Assembly (NCBI GenBank): GCA_030770535.1
Contig: JASVEC010000013.1
Span: 620,001-684,000 of the forward strand
Length of the DNA stretch: 64,000 bases
DNA from: Batkoa obscura
Taxonomy: Eukaryota
Reading direction: 5' to 3'
Positions 58,497-64,000 of the stretch are shown in pieces. The notes beneath the pieces were generated by a model. The model searched no databases. It had not been told where the DNA came from and saw nothing but the letters and a program-made list of their open reading frames with translations. The position numbers and the translations under genes were made by a program. Every line of letters starts with the position of its first letter. The first letter of the stretch is position 1.

Positions 58497-59237
58497 ATGC
58501 AGTGTACTTCTTGTGAGCATTATGAAACCTCGATAAACAATGACAGAAAGGAGGATCCATTTTTAAATCATCATTATACATTAAATGGTAAATTATCCAA
58601 AGTGATTGAAGATATTGTAGTTAAAGATAGATTTGGTAACGATATTAAAGTCAAAGAGTTATGGAAAGAAAGAACAGTGATAGTTAAAGTATTAAGAAGG
58701 TTGGGATGTTGTTTATGTAGACAAGAAGCTAAAATGCTATCTGAAATGCAACCCTTATTTGAAAAACATAATGTTGGTTTAGTTGCTATTACACATGAAG
58801 ATGTTGATTCAAGTGTTTTTATAACTTCCGGTTATTGGAATTGGGATATTTATATGGATTATGAACGAAAAGTATATAAAGCTGCTGGCTTACACAAAGT
58901 ATCATTATCTTATATATTTTATGTATTGAGAAAAAGGATCTTAAAATCTTTAGTGGGATTTTTAAGAGACAAAGGGATCCCTAATACTATTCAAAAAGGT
59001 AGTATTCGTCAACTTGGTGGCACTTTTGTAATCAATCCACGCGGTGAAATAATTTATAGTTTTAAAGCAAAAAAATTTGGACAATTTCCAAGTATTAAAG
59101 AAATTTATGAGTTGATTGGTGGTGATCCAGATGAAATTCATGATGACACACCTGAAGAATATGTTTATACAAGGGAAAGGTTAAACGAAGAAGAAAGTTT
59201 TAGTTCAAGTTCTAGATTAAGTTCACGTACCTTTTAA
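58497..59237 (+). CDS. Peroxiredoxin-like 2 paralog 2
   Basis: LRRLGCCLCRQEA, RQLGGTFVI; close to paralog 1. Confidence 0.9.
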   Translation: MQCTSCEHYETSINNDRKEDPFLNHHYTLNGKLSKVIEDIVVKDRFGNDIKVKELWKERTVIVKVLRRLGCCLCRQEAKMLSEMQPLFEKHNVGLVAITHEDVDSSVFITSGYWNWDIYMDYERKVYKAAGLHKVSLSYIFYVLRKRILKSLVGFLRDKGIPNTIQKGSIRQLGGTFVINPRGEIIYSFKAKKFGQFPSIKEIYELIGGDPDEIHDDTPEEYVYTRERLNEEESFSSSSRLSSRTF

Positions 59238-59606
59238 ATTTATTTTTATATTAATAAACATACAATTATTTTTTCTTTTACTTTTAGCCTATTTTTAAAA
59301 TTGAAATATTAATTTATAACGCATATTTTACATTTAATATATAATTAGTTGAGTTGGGTTCTAATTTCAAGAAAAAAGATTTTAAAGCATTTTTAAAACG
59401 GAAATTGTATTCTGATTATAAACTAGTTTAAGTTTACTAGTTTTCAAATAAATTTAATTTGTTCTATGATAAAATCCCCAAACTATTTTGGGGTAAATTT
59501 AGTCTGTGGAGAAATTGATGATAAATTTCAATGTTTAATTAGAATTGTATAAAAATAACTTCAAATGTAAATTTCAATTCAATTTAACATTCCAACTTAA
59601 TTTTAA

Positions 59607-60353
59607 ATGAACACTACTCGAAATAAAATTTATTGTCAAATTAATCCACAATTACATGACATTTCTAAGTCAAAACAAGATATGTATTATAAGTCCAGTC
59701 TAATAAATATTAGCTCTTCCTTGTTGAGTAGTTCATCTAATAATTGTGATATTACCAAAGATAATGCAAAGATGTTTAATGGAATTACAATCAAAAAATT
59801 AGATGGAGAAGAAATGTATCTTAGTGATTTATGGAAACACAATTCAGTAGTATTAAAGGTATTACCACACTTAGATTGTAAATTAGCTCATCATGAAGCC
59901 CAAATGTTATCCGAATTTCAAGCTTCTTTTGAAAAAAATAATATAAAGATGATAGTTATAGTATTAAAAGATTTAGATTTAACTACTTTTTTAAGTTCAG
60001 GTTATTGGAAATGGGACTTATATTTAGATCCTACAAGTAAAGTATTTAAAGCATCCGAATCTATATTAAACTCCACAAAATTACCCAAATTCAATCAATT
60101 TTTTAAATATTCCAATATTAAATCCTTATTAAATTATAGTCATACTAAACAAGATAATTACTCTGGTGAAACTTATTTAATCAATTCAAATAATGAAATA
60201 TTATATTCTTTTAAACCCTCAAAACAATCTCCATTTCCAGACATTAAATATATACTTAACTTACTAGATGCTGATATGGATGATATAGATGAATTAATAT
60301 ATAATGTAAAATATAATATTAGTTCACCCTCGTCATCAAATTACTCTCTATAG
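59607..60353 (+). CDS. Peroxiredoxin-like 2 paralog 3 (divergent, CxxA)
   Basis: LPHLDCKLAHHEAQMLSE, FLSSGYWKWDLYLD, YSGETYLI align with paralogs 1 and 2. Confidence 0.85.
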   Translation: MNTTRNKIYCQINPQLHDISKSKQDMYYKSSLINISSSLLSSSSNNCDITKDNAKMFNGITIKKLDGEEMYLSDLWKHNSVVLKVLPHLDCKLAHHEAQMLSEFQASFEKNNIKMIVIVLKDLDLTTFLSSGYWKWDLYLDPTSKVFKASESILNSTKLPKFNQFFKYSNIKSLLNYSHTKQDNYSGETYLINSNNEILYSFKPSKQSPFPDIKYILNLLDADMDDIDELIYNVKYNISSPSSSNYSL

Positions 60354-60882
60354 TTCTAGACAGGTATATTATTTCCAACCCTTTATTTAAAAATTATTCC
60401 CCCCTCCTTTTATTTGTTTTGCTTTTTTTAACTTGATTTTGGATATTTGATTTACCCGATAATTGTTTGTAAAAAGTAATAAAAAAATAAAATAACTATA
60501 ATAAAATTGAACATTACTTTTTACTTTAATATAAAAATAATCTTAATACTTATGTTAATATCTTATATTGATAGAAATTAGTCTAATAGACTTAAGTTAT
60601 TTTTTATGTTTGATTATAATATTTTTATCATTATAAAATTTCAAAAAATACTTTTTTATTTTTACTTTTATTTTTTTTGGTTAATTACTATCTCCTTTTC
60701 ACCTCACTTTTTTTAAAAATAAACATCTATTTTTATAAAAAATAAGATTGAATTTATCATAAGATTTTTGTTATATTTACCCCCTTATTTAACCTATTTT
60801 ATTACTTTAAATTTTATATCACTTTTAATATTAAATAAAGTTATTATTTCCATGTTTCAAATAAAATAAAGTATCAATAAAT

Positions 60883-60981
60883 GAGGATGTTTTTTTTGGT
60901 TTCATTACTTTTTCTATTTTTTAAGCGCTATTTAAGCGGAAAAGTTGTTAGTAAAATCCTTAAACAGAAAAATATATCCCC
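60883..60981 (+). mobile_element. MITE-A copy 13
   Basis: Family core; flanks AAAT/ATAT. Confidence 0.83.
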
Positions 60982-61276
60982 ATATAGATAAATTAAAACG
61001 TGTTGAGGTAATATTTTAAAAAAAAGTAAGATAATTCTTATATTGAATGAAAAAACAAACAATATTTTAATAATTATTGGAATTAATGTTCAAATTAGAT
61101 ATTGAATTCAATTATCTAATAATAAATAAAACAAAATGTTAAGAACATATATTGATATCAATTTCCAAACATATGTATAAATGAACTTGTCATACATTTA
61201 GTTCTAGAACTTATTTATTAACTTTGAATAAATTAAAAAAGTGATTTAATAATGTTACTTTATTTAGTTATAATAT

Positions 61277-61373
61277 GGGGATGTTTTTTTGGTTTTATCA
61301 CTTTTTCCATTTTTTAAGCCTATTTATGTGGAAAGATTGTTAGCAAAATTCTCAAACAAAGAAATACATCCCT
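61277..61373 (+). mobile_element. MITE-A copy 14
   Basis: Family core; ATAT on both sides. Confidence 0.83.
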
Positions 61374-62247
61374 ATATGTTTTTACTTTTATTATATAATA
61401 TGTTGATTAAAGATAAAAATAAATGATTTGATTTTATTAAAATGTATAACATATAATTAAATTTGATTTGAAAATGTTTTTAAATTAGTATTTTAATAAT
61501 TAACAACTGAAATGTTTTATTAACTTAGTTTAAAAATATTAATTAATTTATTATTTTTAGATATGTATTGTATTATAATAAATTAATAGTTCAAAAACAA
61601 CTAACTATAAATAAAATAAAATAAAATAAAATAAAATAAAATAAAAAAGCATATTTATAGTCTTATATTTACTACTAAATTATTATATAAAACTGGGTTT
61701 AATTTAATCTTAATTAGTTAAAGATGGCAAGGTTTTATAAATCTGAAATTTTTTAATCAAATTCCAATAAATGTAAAGATCTTAATAATTAAGCATATGA
61801 TAAGCTTTTATATTTATTAAATGGCCTTGTCCTTCAGCTTCATTTTTTATAATAAAATTTAAAAAAACACTTATTTCTTTATAACTTTAGTTTATTTAAA
61901 ACATATCTAATATGTCTTTCATTTTCTTTTGGCACAATGCTACATAATTATGTACGAGTTCAAATCTACATTATTAGTTTCTAAAAAATGGTGTCCAACT
62001 TGAATTCTAAACCTATATCTATTTTCTATTAATTCTTTTTAAATTTAATAATACAAATATTCCATTTTTAATTCCTTACTTTAGAATTGGAAACTTTAAA
62101 AAACTATTGTGACTAAAAAAAAGCCATTTAATATTCTTTCTTAATAGATCAACTAGCAACCAAGCACCAACTATAACAACGATAATAACGATAACAACGA
62201 TAACAGCAATAACAATAACAACATAACAATTGTAGAATATACATAAT

Positions 62248-64000
62248 ATGAATTTTGGTAATTTTGGTTTCCGTTTAGGTTTCAAAAAAAAAGAAGAGAA
62301 CCGGTCATTACTCTTTGATGATGACGAACCAGCTTCAGCAATGAGTAATGAGCGAACAGTTAGCGAAGATAGAGTAGCTAATTTATTTGATAATGAACTA
62401 GCATTTCAAGAAATGGAAGAAGAGGAGAGTAATAGGGGTATAGGTATGGGTAAATTAAAGTAAGTAGAAATTTTTATTAATATTTTAATTTAAATGGTAC
62501 CAAACAATGGCTTATTTATATACTTTTTTTTTTAGTGAATCGAATTCTAATAGTAATCACAATTATGAAAAAAAAGGAGTTCAAGTGGATTTATTTGATG
62601 TGTTAAATGAGGGTAAACAATATGAAAAAAATCAAAAGAAACAAGTGGACTTATTTGGAGAATTTGAAGGAAATAACAAGAATCAAAATCAATCAAGTGG
62701 TAAGGATCTATTTGATGGCTTTGGTGATTTTATGAGTACAAGTAATAACAACAATAACAAAGAAGAAAATCAACAAAGTACAACTAAAGAGGACTTATTC
62801 GATGGTTTTAGTGATTTTATGGGTACTGGGGACAACAATAGTAGTAATAACAATAAAACTACACAGAAGAAGCAGAGTTCAAAGAATGAGGATTTATTGG
62901 ATGGGTTTGTTGATTTTATGACAACGAATGATAATAATAATAATGAAATTATGGAGGAAAAACATAGTAATGTAAATACAATCAATTTATTAGACGAATT
63001 TGAAGAGTTTACTAGTAGTAATGCAAATGGAAATAAAGGCGTTAATAAAAACATAAACCAAAGTTTTAATAAACATAATAATTTATTAGATGATTTTGAT
63101 AATTTTGCTAATAATACAAATGAACAAAAGAATGATAAAAAAGATGATAATCAAGATGAATGGAATGAATTTAATTTATTTACTCAATTTGAAGAGAGTA
63201 ATGGAGATATCAATAATAATACAAATATAAACACCAACGATCAAGATTTGTATGGAGATTTTGTAACAGCGGAATTTGAAGACAATGATAACAATAACAA
63301 TAATAATAATAATAGTAATACAAAACTAATACCAACAAATAACAGTCATACAATCTTACGCTCCAAAACAATGATGTTAGATAAAGATAAAGAAAGTCAA
63401 TTAATGAATTATAAAACACATCATAAAAGCTTATCTTTAGATATTAAACAAAAATTAAATAATCATCAAATTGATGAATTTGAATTATTAGATAAAACTT
63501 ATTTTCCAAAAATTATAACAAAAAAGAAAGAAAATCGAAAAAATAGTTGGAATAAAGGTAAGTTTTATTATTATTATTATTATTAACACAAGTTTATTAT
63601 GATTATTAATATGTTTAATTTTTTATATTTTAGATCCATCAACTCCTACTAAAGCATTAAAAGTGTTAAGGTAATTTATTAAATAATAATTTTATTATAA
63701 TATTATATATTTATAATTTTATAATAGTCATTTAGATATTGAACCTTGGTTTAAAATATATTCTTATATTGAAAATCAATTTCAATTAGCTATTGAGAAA
63801 TTAAAACAGTTAGATTTAATATTAAATAATAATGAGAGGTTAATTTTATTAGAATATAATCCATTAAATTTTTATTTAAAAGGTAAATTTAATACAATTA
63901 TTTATTTATTTATTTGTTAATTTATTATTTAGCTTTATTTGAACTTAAAGTTATAATTGAGCGTTTAGAATTATCTATTAATTATAATAAATTACAATTG
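62248..64000 (+). CDS. Asn-rich protein with repeated DLF/FGDF motifs (AP-1 accessory-like), runs off the window end
   Basis: Exon 1 from 62248, intron from about 62450, long exon about 62536-63557, then short exons; repeats DLFGEF, DLFDGFGDF, DLFDGFSDF, DLLDGFVDF, LLDEF, LLDDF, DLYGDF. Confidence 0.65.

Noticed and set aside
4346..61373. MITE-A repeats as a CRISPR-like array
   Set aside because: Copies are dispersed, in both orientations, have TIRs and TSDs, no regular spacers and no cas genes; the context is eukaryotic.
23517..63419. Antisense or alternate-frame ORFs inside real genes (23517, 28941, 31398, 31415, 33430, 37398, 39890, 39954, 41410, 50993, 62770, 63210)
   Set aside because: Shadow frames of well-supported genes with no independent motifs.

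Overview
Very AT-rich eukaryotic DNA with short (about 40-60 nt) GT-AG introns. Gene content points to an early-diverging fungus; Entomophthorales/Conidiobolus-like is my inference only. The window holds about 25 protein genes: housekeeping (VTI1, prefoldin 4, POP4, NRK1, RPB6, BUD13), metabolic (P450, class I amidotransferase, ADC-lyase-like, sugar O-acetyltransferase, KMO-like monooxygenase, tandem SCP2, three peroxiredoxin-like-2 paralogs), signalling (RasGEF, talin-F0/PH protein) and several secreted proteins, plus one clean tRNA-Asp. Intergenic DNA is dense with small mobile elements: 14 copies of a ~100 bp GGGG...CCCC MITE with 4-bp AWWT target duplications, two copies of a second MITE, two solo-LTR-like elements, and an intact IS630/Tc1 transposase ORF whose second catalytic Asp is Asn. 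The most unusual observations are an isocitrate-lyase homolog missing all recognisable catalytic motifs, two tRNA-shaped cassettes that share flanks but carry different anticodon-region inserts, and a RasGEF head-to-head with a talin-F0/PH protein. All calls come from reading the sequence by eye; no searches were run.
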